Positions 52,201-63,735 of a DNA stretch of 64,000 nucleotides are shown one piece after another. Origin of the DNA: Eledone cirrhosa (taxonomy: Eukaryota); contig OZ024741.1 of the NCBI GenBank assembly GCA_964016885.1, positions 270,134,001-270,198,000 of the forward strand, in the 5' to 3' direction. The notes under the pieces are model-generated. The model saw only the letters and a list, made by a program, of their open reading frames with translations, searched no databases and was not told where the DNA came from. Every line of letters begins with the position of its first letter. Position 1 is the stretch's first letter. Position numbers and translations under genes: made by a program.

Positions 52201-55200
52201 GTCTATAGGTAGTTAGTGTGAATGTGGCTGTCAGTATGTATGTGTCTGTCTATAGGTACTTAGTGTGAATGTGGCTGTCAGTATGTATGTGTCTGCCTAT
52301 AGGTAGTTAGTGTGAATGTGGCTGTCAGTATGTATGTGTCTGTCTATAGGTAGTTAGTGTGAATGTGGCTGTCAGTATGTATGTGTCTGTCTATAGGTAG
52401 TTAGTGTGAATGTGGCTGTCAGTATGTTTGTGTCTGTCTATAGGTAGTTAGTGTGAATGTGGCTGTCAGTATGTATGTGTCTGTCTATAGGTAGTTAGTG
52501 TGAATGTGGCTGTCAGTAAGTATGTGTCTGTCTATAGGTAGTTAGTGTGAATGTGGCTGTCAGTATGTATGTGTCTGTCAATAGGTAGTTAGTGTGAATG
52601 TAGCTGTCAGTATGTATGTGTCTGTCTATAGGTAGTTAGTGTGAATGTGGTTGTCAGTATGTATGTGTCTGTCTATAGGTAGTTAGTGTGAATGTGGCTG
52701 TCAGTATGTATGTGTCTGTCTATGGGTAGTTAGTGTGAATGTGGCTGTCAGTATGTATGTGCCTGTCTATAGGTAGTTAGTGTGAATGTGGCTGTCAGTA
52801 TGTATGTGTCTGTCTATAGGTAGTTAGTGTGAATGTGGCTGTCAGTATGTATGTGTCTGTCTATAGGTAGTTAGTGTGAATGTGGCTGTCAGTATGTATG
52901 TGTCTAGCTATAGGTAGTTAGTGTGAATTTGGCTGTCAGTATGTATGTGTCTGTCTATAGGTAGTTAGTGTGAATGTGGCTGTCAGTATGTATGTGTCTG
53001 TCTATAGGTAGTTAGTGTGAATGTAGCTGTCAGTATGTATGTGTCTGTCTATAGGTAGTTAGTGTGAATGTGGCTGTCAGTATATATGTGTCTGTCTATA
53101 GGTAGTTAGTGTGAATGTGGCTGTCAGTATGTATGTGTCTGTCTATAGGTAGTTAGTGTGAATGTGGCTGTCAGTATGTATATGTCTGTCTATTGGTAGT
53201 TAGTGTGAATGTGGCTGTCAGTATGTATGTGTCTGTCTATAGGTAGTTAGTGTGAATGTGGCTGTCAGTATGTATATGTCTGTCTATAGTTACTTAGTGT
53301 GAATGTGGCTGTCAGTAAGTATGTATCTGTCTATATGTAGTTAGTGTGAATGTGGCTGTCAGAATGTATGTGTCTGTCTATAGGTAGTTAGTGTGAATGT
53401 GGCTGTCAGTATGTATGTGTCTGTCTATAGGTAGTTAGTGTGAATGTGGCTGTCAGTATGTATGTGTCTGTCTATAGGTACTTAGTGTGAATGTGGCTGT
53501 CAGTATGTATGTGTCTGTCTATAGGTAGTTAGTGTGGATGTGGCTGTCAGTATGTATGTGTCTGTCTATAGGTAGTTAGTGTGAATGTGGCTGTTAGTAT
53601 GTATGTGTCTGTCTATAAGTAGTTAGTGTGAATGTGGCTGTCAGTAAGTATGTGTCTGTCTATAGGTAGTTAGTGTGAATGTGGCTGTCAATATGTATGT
53701 GTCTGTCTATAGGTAGTTACTGTGAATGTGGCTGTCAGTATGTATGTGTCTGTCTATAGGTAGTTAGTGTGAATGTGGCTGTCAGTATGTATGTGTCTGT
53801 CTATAGGTAGTTAGTGTGAATGTGGCTGTCAGTATGTATGTGTCTGTCTATAGGTAGTTAGTGTGAATGCGGCTGTCTGTATGTATGTGTCTGTCTATAG
53901 GTAGTTAGTGTGAATGTGGCTGTCAGTATGTATGTGTCTGTCTATAGGTAGTTAGTGTGAATGTGGCTGTCAGTATGTTTGTGTCTGTCTATAGGTAGTT
54001 GGTGTGAATGTGGCTGTCAGTATGTATGTGTCTGTCTATAGGTAGTTAGTGTGAATGTGGCTGTCAGTATGTATGTGTCTGTCTATAGGTAGTTAGTGTG
54101 AATGTGGCTGTCAGTATGTATGTGTCTGTCTATAGGTAGTTAGTGTGAATGTGGCTGTCAGTATCTATGTGTCTGTCTATAGGTAGTTAGTGTGAATGTG
54201 GCTGTCAGTATGTATGTGTCTGTCTATAGGTAGTTAGTGTGAATGTGGCTGTCAGTATGTATGTGTCTGTCTATTTGTAGTTAGTGTGAATATGGCTGTC
54301 AGTATGTATGTGTCTGTCTATAGGTAGTTAGTGTGAATGTGGCTGTTAGTATGTATGTGTCTGTCTATAGGTAGTTAGTGTGAATGTGGCTGTCAGTATG
54401 TATGTGTCTGTCTATAGGTAGTTAGTGTGAATGTGGCTGTCAGTATCTATGTGTCTGCCTATAGGTAGTTAGTGTGAATGTGGCTGTTAGTATGTATGTG
54501 TCTGTCTACAGGTAGTTAGTGTGAATGTGGCTGTCAGTATGTATGTGTCTGTCTATAGGTAGTTATTGTGAATGTGGCTGTCAGTATGTTTGTGTCTGTC
54601 TATAGGTAGTTAGTGTGAATGTGGCTGTCAGTATGTATGTGTCTGTCTATAGGTAGTTAGTGTGAATGTGGCTGTCAGTATGTATGTATCTGTCTATAGG
54701 TAGTTAGTGTGAATGTGGCTGTTAGTATGTATGTGTCTGTCTATAGGTAGTTAGTGTGAATGTGGCTGTTAGTATGTATGTGTCTGTCTATAGGTAGTTA
54801 GTGTGAATGTGGCTGTCAGTATGTATGTGTCTGTCTATAGGTAGTTAGTGTGAATGTGGCTGTCAGTATGTATGTGTCTGTCTATAGGTAGTTAGTGTGA
54901 ATGTGGCTGTCAGTATCTATGTGTCTGTCTATAGGTAGTTAGTGTGAATGTGGCTGTCAGTATGTATGTGTCTGTCTATAGGTAGTTAGTGTGAATGTGG
55001 CTGTCAGTATGTATGTGTCTGTCTATAGGTAGTTAGTGTGAATGTGGCTGTCAGTATCTATGTGTCTGCTTATAGGTAGTTAGTGTGAATGTGGCTGTTA
55101 GTATGTATGTGTCTGTCTATAGGTAGTTAGTGTGAATGTGGCTGTCAGTATGTATGTGTCTGTCTATAGGTAGTTAGTGTGAATGTGGCTGTCAGTATGT

Positions 55201-58200
55201 TTGTGTCTGTCTATAGGTAGTTAGTGTGAATGTGGCTGTCAGTATGTATGTGTCTATCTATAGGTAGTTAGTATGAATGTGGCTGTCAGTATGTATGTGT
55301 CTGTCTATAGGTAGTTAGTGTGAATGTGGCTGTCAGTATGTATGTATCTGTCTATAGGTAGTTAGTGTGAATGTGACTGTCAGTATGTATGTGTCTGTCT
55401 ATAGGTAGTTAGTGTGAATATGGCTGTCAGTATGTATGTGTCTGTCTATAGGTACTTAGTGTGAATGTGGCTGTCAGTATGTATGTGTCTGTCTATAGGT
55501 AGTTAGTGTGAATGTGGCTGTCAGTATGTATGTGTCTGTCTATAGGTAGTTAGTGTGAATGTGGCTGTCAGTATCTATGTGTCTGTCTATAGGTAGTTAG
55601 TGTGAATGTGGCTGTCAGTATGTATGTGTCTGTCTATAGGTAGTTAGTGTGAATGTGGCTGTCAGTATGTATGTGTCTGTCTATTTGTAGTTAGTGTGAA
55701 TATGGCTGTCAGTATGTATGTGTCTGTCTATAGGTAGTTAGTGTGAATGTGGCTGTTAGTATGTATGTGTCTGTCTATAGGTAGTTAGTGTGAATGTGGC
55801 TGTCAGTATGTATGTGTCTGTCTATAGGTAGTTAGTGTGAATGTGGCTGTCAGTATCTATGTGTCTGCCTATAGGTAGTTAGTGTGAATGTGGCTGTTAG
55901 TATGTATGTGTCTGTCTACAGGTAGTTAGTGTGAATGTGGCTGTCAGTATGTATGTGTCTGTCTATAGGTAGTTATTGTGAATGTGGCTGTCAGTATGTT
56001 TGTGTCTGTCTATAGGTAGTTAGTGTGAATGTGGCTGTCAGTATGTATGTATCTGTCTATAGGTAGTTAGTGTGAATGTGGCTGTTAGTATGTATGTGTC
56101 TGTCTATAGGTAGTTAGTGTGAATGTGGCTGTTAGTATGTATGTGTCTGTCTATAGGTAGTTAGTGTGAATGTGGCTGTCAGTATGTATGTGTCTGTCTA
56201 TAGGTAGTTAGTGTGAATGTGGCTGTCAGTATGTATGTGTCTGTCTATAGGTAGTTAGTGTGAATGTGGCTGTCAGTATGTATGTGTCTGTCTATAGGTA
56301 GTTAGTGTGAATGTGGCTGTCAGTATCTATGTGTCTGCTTATAGGTAGTTAGTGTGAATGTGGCTGTTAGTATGTATGTGTCTGTCTATAGGTAGTTAGT
56401 GTGAATGTGGCTGTCAGTATGTATGTGTCTGTCTATAGGTAGTTAGTGTGAATGTGGCTGTCAGTATGTTTGTGTCTGTCTATAGGTAGTTAGTGTGAAT
56501 GTGGCTGTCAGTATGTATGTGTCTATCTATAGGTAGTTAGTATGAATGTGGCTGTCAGTATGTATGTGTCTGTCTATAGGTAGTTAGTGTGAATGTGGCT
56601 GTCAGTATGTATCTATCTGTCTATAGGTAGTTAGTGTGAATGTGGCTGTCAGTATGTATGTGTCTGTCTATAGGTACTTAGTGTGAATGTGGCTGTCAGT
56701 ATGTATGTGTCTGCCTATAGGTAGTTAGTGTGAATGTGGCTGTCAGTATGTATGTGTCTGACTATAGGTAGTTAGTGTGAATGTGGCTGTCAGTATATAT
56801 GTGTCTATCTATAGGTACTTAGTGTGAATGTGGCTGTCAGTATGTATGTGTCTGCCTATAGGTAGTTAGTGTGAATGTGGCTGTCAGTATGTATGTGTCT
56901 GACTATAGGTAGTTAGTGTGAATGTGGCTGTCAGTATATATGTGTCTATCTATAGGTAGTTAGTGTGAATGTGGCTGTCAGTATGTATGTGTCTGTCTAT
57001 AGGTAGTTAGTGTGAATGTGGCTGTCAGTATGTATGTGTCTGTCTATAGGTAGTTAGTGTGAATGTGGCTGTCAGTATGTATGTGTCTGTCTATAGGTAG
57101 TTAGTGTGAATGTGTCTGTCAGTATGTATGTTTCTGTCTTTAGGTAGTTAGTGTGAATGTGGCTGTCAGTATCTATGTGTCTGTCTAGAGGTAGTTAGTG
57201 TGAATGTGGCTGTCAGTATGTATGTGTCTGTCTATAGGTAGTTAGTGTGAATGTGGCTGTCAATATGTATGTGTCTGTCTATAGGTAGTTAGTGTGAATG
57301 TGGCTGTCAGTATGTATGTGTCTGTCTATGGGTAGTTAGTGTGAATGTGGCTGTCAGTATGTATGTGTCTGTCTATAGATAGTTAGTGTGAATGTGGCTG
57401 TCAGTATGTATGTGTCTGTCTATAGGTAGTTAGTGTGAATGTGGCTGTCAGTATGTATGTGTCTGTCTATAGGTAGTTAGTGTGAATGTGGCTGTCAGTA
57501 TGTATGTGTCTGTCTATAGGTAGTTAGTGTGAATGTGGCTGTCAGTATGTATGTGTCTGTCTAGAGGTAGTTAGTGTGAATGTGGCTGTCAGTATGTATG
57601 TGTCTGTCTATAGGTAGTTAGTGTGAATGTGGCTGTTAGTATGTATGTGTCTGTCTATAGGTAGTTAGTGTGAATGTGGCTGTCAGTAAGTATGTGTCTG
57701 TCTATAGGTAGTTAGTGTTAATGTGGCTGTTAGTATGTATGTGTCTGTCTATAGGTAGTTAGTGTGAATGTGGCTGTCAGTATGTATGTGTCTGTCTATA
57801 GGTAGTTAGTGCGAATGTGTCTGTCAGTATGTATGTGTATGTCTATAGGTAGTTAGTGTGAATGTGGCTGTCAGTATCTATGTGTCTGTCTATAGGTAGT
57901 TAGTGTGATTGTGGCTGTCAGTATGTATGTGTCTGTCTATAGGTAGTTAGTGTGAATGTGGCTGTCAGTATGTATGTGTCTGTCTATAGGTAGTTAGTGT
58001 GAATGCGGCTGTCAGCATGTTTGTGTCTGTCTATAGGTAGTTAGTGTGAATGTGGCTGTCAGTATGTATGTGTCTGTCTATAGGTAGTTACTGTGAATGT
58101 GGCTGTCAGTATGTATGTGTCTATCTATAGGTAGTTAGTATGAATGTGGCTGTCAGTATGTATGTGTCTGTCTATAGGTAGTTAGTGTGAATGTGGCTGT

Positions 58201-61200
58201 CAGTATGTATGTATATGTCTATAGGTAGTTAGTGTGAATGTGGCTGTCAGTATGTATGTGTCTGTCTATAGGTAGTTAGTGTGAATGTGGCTGTCAGTAT
58301 ATATGTGTCTATCTATAGGTAGTTAGTGTGAATGTGGCTGTCAGTATGTATGTGTCTGTCTATAGGTAGTTAGTGTGAATGTGGCTGTCAGTATGTATGT
58401 GTCTGTCTATAGGTAGTTAGTGTGAATGTGGCTGTCAATATGTATGTGTCTGTCTATAGGTAGTTAGTGTGAATGTGGCTGTCAGTATGTATGTGTCTGT
58501 CTAGAGGTAGTTAGTGTGAATGTGGCTGTCAGTATGTATGTGTCTGACTATAGGTAGTTAGTGTGAATGTGGCTGTCAGTATATATGTGTCTATCTATAG
58601 GTAGTTAGTGTGAATGTGGCTGTCAGTATGTATGTGTCTGTCTATAGGTAGTTAGTGTGAATGTGGCTGTCAGTATGTATGTGTCTGTCTATAGGTAGTT
58701 AGTGTGAATGTGGCTGTCAGTATGTATGTGTCTGTCTATAGGTAGTTAGTGTGAATGTGGCTGTCTGTATGTATGTGTCTGTCTATAGGTACTTAGTGTG
58801 AATGTGGCTGTCAGTATGTATGTGTCTGTCTATAGGTAGTTAGTGTGAATGTGGCTGTTAGTATGTATGTGTCTGTCTATAGGTAGTTAGTGTGAATGTG
58901 GCTGTCAGTAAGTATGTGTCTGTCTATAGGTAGTTAGTGTGAATGTGGCTGTCAATATGTATGTGTCTGTCTATAGGTAGTTACTGTGAATGTGGCTGTC
59001 AGTATGTATGTGTCTGTCTATAGGTAGTTAGTGTGAATGTGGCTGTCAGTATGTATGTGTCTGTCTATAGGTAGTTAGTGTGAATGTGGCTGTCAGTATG
59101 TATGTGTCTGTCTATAGGTAGTTAGTGTGAATGCGGCTGTCTGTATGTATGTGTCTGTCTATAGGTAGTTAGTGTGAATGTGGCTGTCAGTATGTATGTG
59201 TCTGTCTATAGGTAGTTAGTGTGAATGTGGCTGTCAGTATATATGTGTCTATCTATAGGTAGTTAGTGTGAATGTGGCTGTCAGTATGTTTGTGTCTGTC
59301 TATAGGTAGTTGGTGTGAATGTGGCTGTCAGTATGTATGTGTCTGTCTATAGGTAGTTAGTGTGAATGTGGCTGTCAGTATGTATGTGTCTGTCTATAGG
59401 TAGTTAGTGTGAATGTGGCTGTCAGTATGTATGTGTCTGTCTATAGGTAGTTAGTGTGAATGTGGCTGTCAGTATCTATGTGTCTGTCTATAGGTAGTTA
59501 GTGTGAATGTGGCTGTCAGTATGTATGTGTCTGTCTATAGGTAGTTAGTGTGAATGTGGCTGTCAATATGTATGTGTCTGTCTATTTGTAGTTAGTGTGA
59601 ATATGGCTGTCAGTATGTATGTGTCTGTCTATAGGTAGTTAGTGTGAATGTGGCTGTTAGTATGTATGTGTCTGTCTATAGGTAGTTAGTGTGAATGTGG
59701 CTGTCAGTATGTATGTGTCTGTCTATAGGTAGTTAGTGTGAATGTGGCTGTCAGTATCTATGTGTCTGCCTATAGGTAGTTAGTGTGAATGTGGCTGTTA
59801 GTATGTATGTGTCTGTCTACAGGTAGTTAGTGTGAATGTGGCTGTCAGTATGTATGTGTCTGTCTATAGGTAGTTATTGTGAATGTGGCTGTCAGTATGT
59901 TTGTGTCTGTCTATAGGTAGTTAGTGTGAATGTGGCTGTCAGTATGTATGTGTCTGTCTATAGGTAGTTAGTGTGAATGTGGCTGTCAGTATGTATGTAT
60001 CTGTCTATAGGTAGTTAGTGTGAATGTGGCTGTTAGTATGTATGTGTCTGTCTATAGGTAGTTAGTGTGAATGTGGCTGTTAGTATGTATGTGTCTGTCT
60101 ATAGGTAGTTAGTGTGAATGTGGCTGTCAGTATGTATGTGTCTGTCTATAGGTAGTTAGTGTGAATGTGGCTGTCAGTATGTATGTGTCTGTCTATAGGT
60201 AGTTAGTGTGAATGTGGCTGTCAGTATATATGTGTCTGTCTATAGGTAGTTAGTGTGAATGTGGCTGTCAGTATGTATGTGTCTGTCTATAGGTAGTTAG
60301 TGTGAATGTGGCTGTCAGTATGTATGTGTCTGTCTATAGGTAGTTAGTGTGAATGTGGCTGTCAGTATGTATGTGTCTGTCTATAGGTAGTTACTGTGAA
60401 TGTGGCTGTCAGTATTTATGTGTCTGTCTATAGATAGTTAGTGTGAATGTGGTTGTCAGTATGTATGTGTCTATCTATAGGTAGTTAGTGTGAATGTGGC
60501 TGTCAGTATGTATGTGTCTGTCTATAGGTAGTTAGTTTGAATGTGGCTGTCAGTATGTATGTGTCTGTCTATAGGTACTTAGTGTGAATGTGGCTGTCAG
60601 TAAGTATGTATCTGTCTATATGTAGTTAGTGTGAATGTGGCTGTCAGAATGTATGTGTCTGTCTATAGGTAGTTAGTGTGAATGTAGCTGTCAGTATGTA
60701 TGTGTCTGTCTATAGGTAGTTAGTGTGAATGTGGCTGTCAGTATGTATGTGTCTGTCTATAGGTAGTTAGTGTGAATGTGGCTGTCAGTAAGTATGTGTC
60801 TGTCTATAGGTAGTTAGTGTGAATGTGGCTGTCAGTATGTATGTGTCTGTCAATAGGTAGTTAGTGTGAATGTGGCTGTCAGTATGTATGTGTCTGTCTA
60901 TAGGTAGTTAGTGTGAATGTGGTTGTCAGTATGTATGTGTCTGTCTATAGGTAGTTAGTGTGAATGTGGCTGTCAGTATGTATGTGTCTGTCTATGGGTA
61001 GTTAGTGTGAATGTGGCTGTCAGTATGTATTTGCCTGTCTATAGGTAGTTAGTGTGAATGTGGCTGTCAGTATGTATGTGTCTGTCTATAGGTAGTTAGT
61101 GTGAATGTGGCTGTCAGTATGTATGTGTCTGTCTATAGGTAGTTAGTGTGAATGTGGCTGTCAGTATGTATGTGTCTGGCTATAGGTAGTTAGTGTGAAT

Positions 61201-63735
61201 TTGGCTGTCAGTATGTATGTGTCTGTCTATAGGTAGTTAGTGTGAATGTGGCTGTCAGTATGTATGTGTCTGTCTATAGGTAGTTAGTGTGAATGTAGCT
61301 GTCAGTATGTATGTGTCTGTCTATAGGTAGTTAGTGTGAATGTGGCTGTCAGTATATATGTGTCTGTCTATAGGTAGTTAGTGTGAATGTGGCTGTCAGT
61401 ATGTATGTGTCTGTCTATAGGTAGTTAGTGTGAATGTGGCTGTCAGTATGTATGTGTCTGTCTATTGGTAGTTAGTGTGAATGTGGCTGTCAGTATGTAT
61501 GTGTCTGTCTATAGGTAGTTAGTGTGAATGTGGCTGTCAGTATGTATATGTCTGTCTATAGGTACTTAGTGTGAATGTGGCTGTCAGTAAGTATGTATCT
61601 GTCTATATGTAGTTAGTGTGAATGTGGCTGTCAGAATGTATGTGTCTGTCTATAGGTAGTTAGTGTGAATGTGGCTGTCAGTATGTATGTGTCTGTCTAT
61701 AGGTAGTTAGTGTGTATGTGGCTGTCAGTATGTATGTGTCTGTCTATAGGTAGTTAGTGTGAATGTGGCTGTTAGTATGTATGTGTCTGTCTATAGGTAG
61801 TTAGTGTGAATGTGGCTGTCAGTATGTATCTGTCTGTCTATAGGTAGTTAGTGTGAATGTAGCTGTCAGTATGTATGTGTCTGTCTATAGGTAGTTAGTG
61901 TGAATGTGGCTGTCAGTATGTATGTGTCTGTCTATAGGTAGTTAGTGTGAATGTGGCTGTCAGTATGTATGTGTCTGTCTATTGGTTGTTAGTGTGAATG
62001 TGGCTGTCAGTATGTATGTGTCTGTCTATAGGTAGTTAGTGTGAATGTGGCTGTCAGTATGTATGTGTCTGTCTATAGGTAGTTGGTGTGAATGTGGCTG
62101 TCAGTATATATGAGTCTATCTATAGGTAGTTAGTGTGAATGTGGCTGTCAGTAAGTATGTGTCTGTCTATAGGTAGTTAGTGTGAATGTAGCTGTCAGTA
62201 TGTATGTGTCTGTCTATAGGTAGTTAGTGTGAATGTGGCTGTCAGTATGTATGTGTCTGTCTATAGGTAGTTAGTGTGGATGTGGCTGTCAGTATGTATG
62301 TGTCTGTCTATAGGTAGTTAGTGTGAATGTGGCTGTCAGTATGTATGTGTCTGTCTATAGATAGTTAGTGTGAATGTGGCTGTCAATATGTATGTGTCTG
62401 TCTATAGGTAGTTAGTGTGAATGTGGCTGTCAGTATGTATGTGTCTGTCTAGAGGTAGTTAGTGTGAATGTGGCTGTCAGTATGTATGTGTCTGTCTATA
62501 GGTAGTTAGTGTGAATGTGGCTGTCAGTATGTATGTGTCTGTCTATAGGTACTTAGTGTGAATGTGGCTGTCAGTATGTATGTGTCTGCCTATAGGTAGT
62601 TAGTGTGAATGTGGCTGTCAGTATGTATGTGTCTGTCTATAGGTAGTTAGTGTGAATGTGGCTGTCAGTATGTATGTGTCTGTCTATAGGTAGTTAGTGT
62701 GAATGTGGCTGTCAGTATGTTTGTGTCTGTCTATAGGTAGTTAGTGTGAATGTGGCTGTCAGTATGTATGTGTCTGTCTATAGGTAGTTAGTGTGAATGT
62801 GGCTGTCAGTAAGTATGTGTCTGTCTATAGGTAGTTAGTGTGAATGTGGCTGTCAGTATGTATGTGTCTGTCAATAGGTAGTTAGTGTGAATGTAGCTGT
62901 CAGTATGTATGTGTCTGTCTATAGGTAGTTAGTGTGAATGTGGTTGTCAGTATGTATGTGTCTGTCTATAGGTAGTTAGTGTGAATGTGGCTGTCAGTAT
63001 GTATGTGTCTGTCTATGGGTAGTTAGTGTGAATGTGGCTGTCAGTATGTATGTGCCTGTCTATAGGTAGTTAGTGTGAATGTGGCTGTCAGTATGTATGT
63101 GTCTGTCTATAGGTAGTTAGTGTGAATGTGGCTGTCAGTATGTATGTGTCTGTCTATAGGTAGTTAGTGTGAATGTGGCTGTCAGTATGTATGTGTCTAG
63201 CTATAGGTAGTTAGTGTGAATTTGGCTGTCAGTATGTATGTGTCTGTCTATAGGTAGTTAGTGTGAATGTGGCTGTCAGTATGTATGTGTCTGTCTATAG
63301 GTAGTTAGTGTGAATGTAGCTGTCAGTATGTATGTGTCTGTCTATAGGTAGTTAGTGTGAATGTGGCTGTCAGTATATATGTGTCTGTCTATAGGTAGTT
63401 AGTGTGAATGTGGCTGTCAGTATGTATGTGTCTGTCTATAGGTAGTTAGTGTGAATGTGGCTGTCAGTATGTATATGTCTGTCTATTGGTAGTTAGTGTG
63501 AATGTGGCTGTCAGTATGTATGTGTCTGTCTATAGGTAGTTAGTGTGAATGTGGCTGTCAGTATGTATATGTCTGTCTATAGTTACTTAGTGTGAATGTG
63601 GCTGTCAGTAAGTATGTATCTGTCTATATGTAGTTAGTGTGAATGTGGCTGTCAGAATGTATGTGTCTGTCTATAGGTAGTTAGTGTGAATGTGGCTGTC
63701 AGTATGTATGTGTCTGTCTATAGGTAGTTAGTGTG
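42995..63735. repeat. Tandem duplication, period 10,387 bp (221 monomers) dropping to 10,293 bp (219 monomers) after a two-monomer loss near 56.25 kb, 2 copies
   Basis: TATAAGTAG 43231/53618 (offset 10,387). CAGCATG 47723/58016, GTATTTATG 50123/60416 and TAGTTACTT 53290/63583 (offset 10,293). One substitution noticed (44171 T vs 54558 G). Confidence 0.93.
46380..46660. repeat. Nested 3-monomer (141 bp) tandem duplication (copy at ~56.67-56.95 kb)
   Basis: Variant series GTACTT, GCCTAT, GACTAT, ATATATG..ATCT occurs twice in a row. GCCT at 46421 and 46562. Confidence 0.85.
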
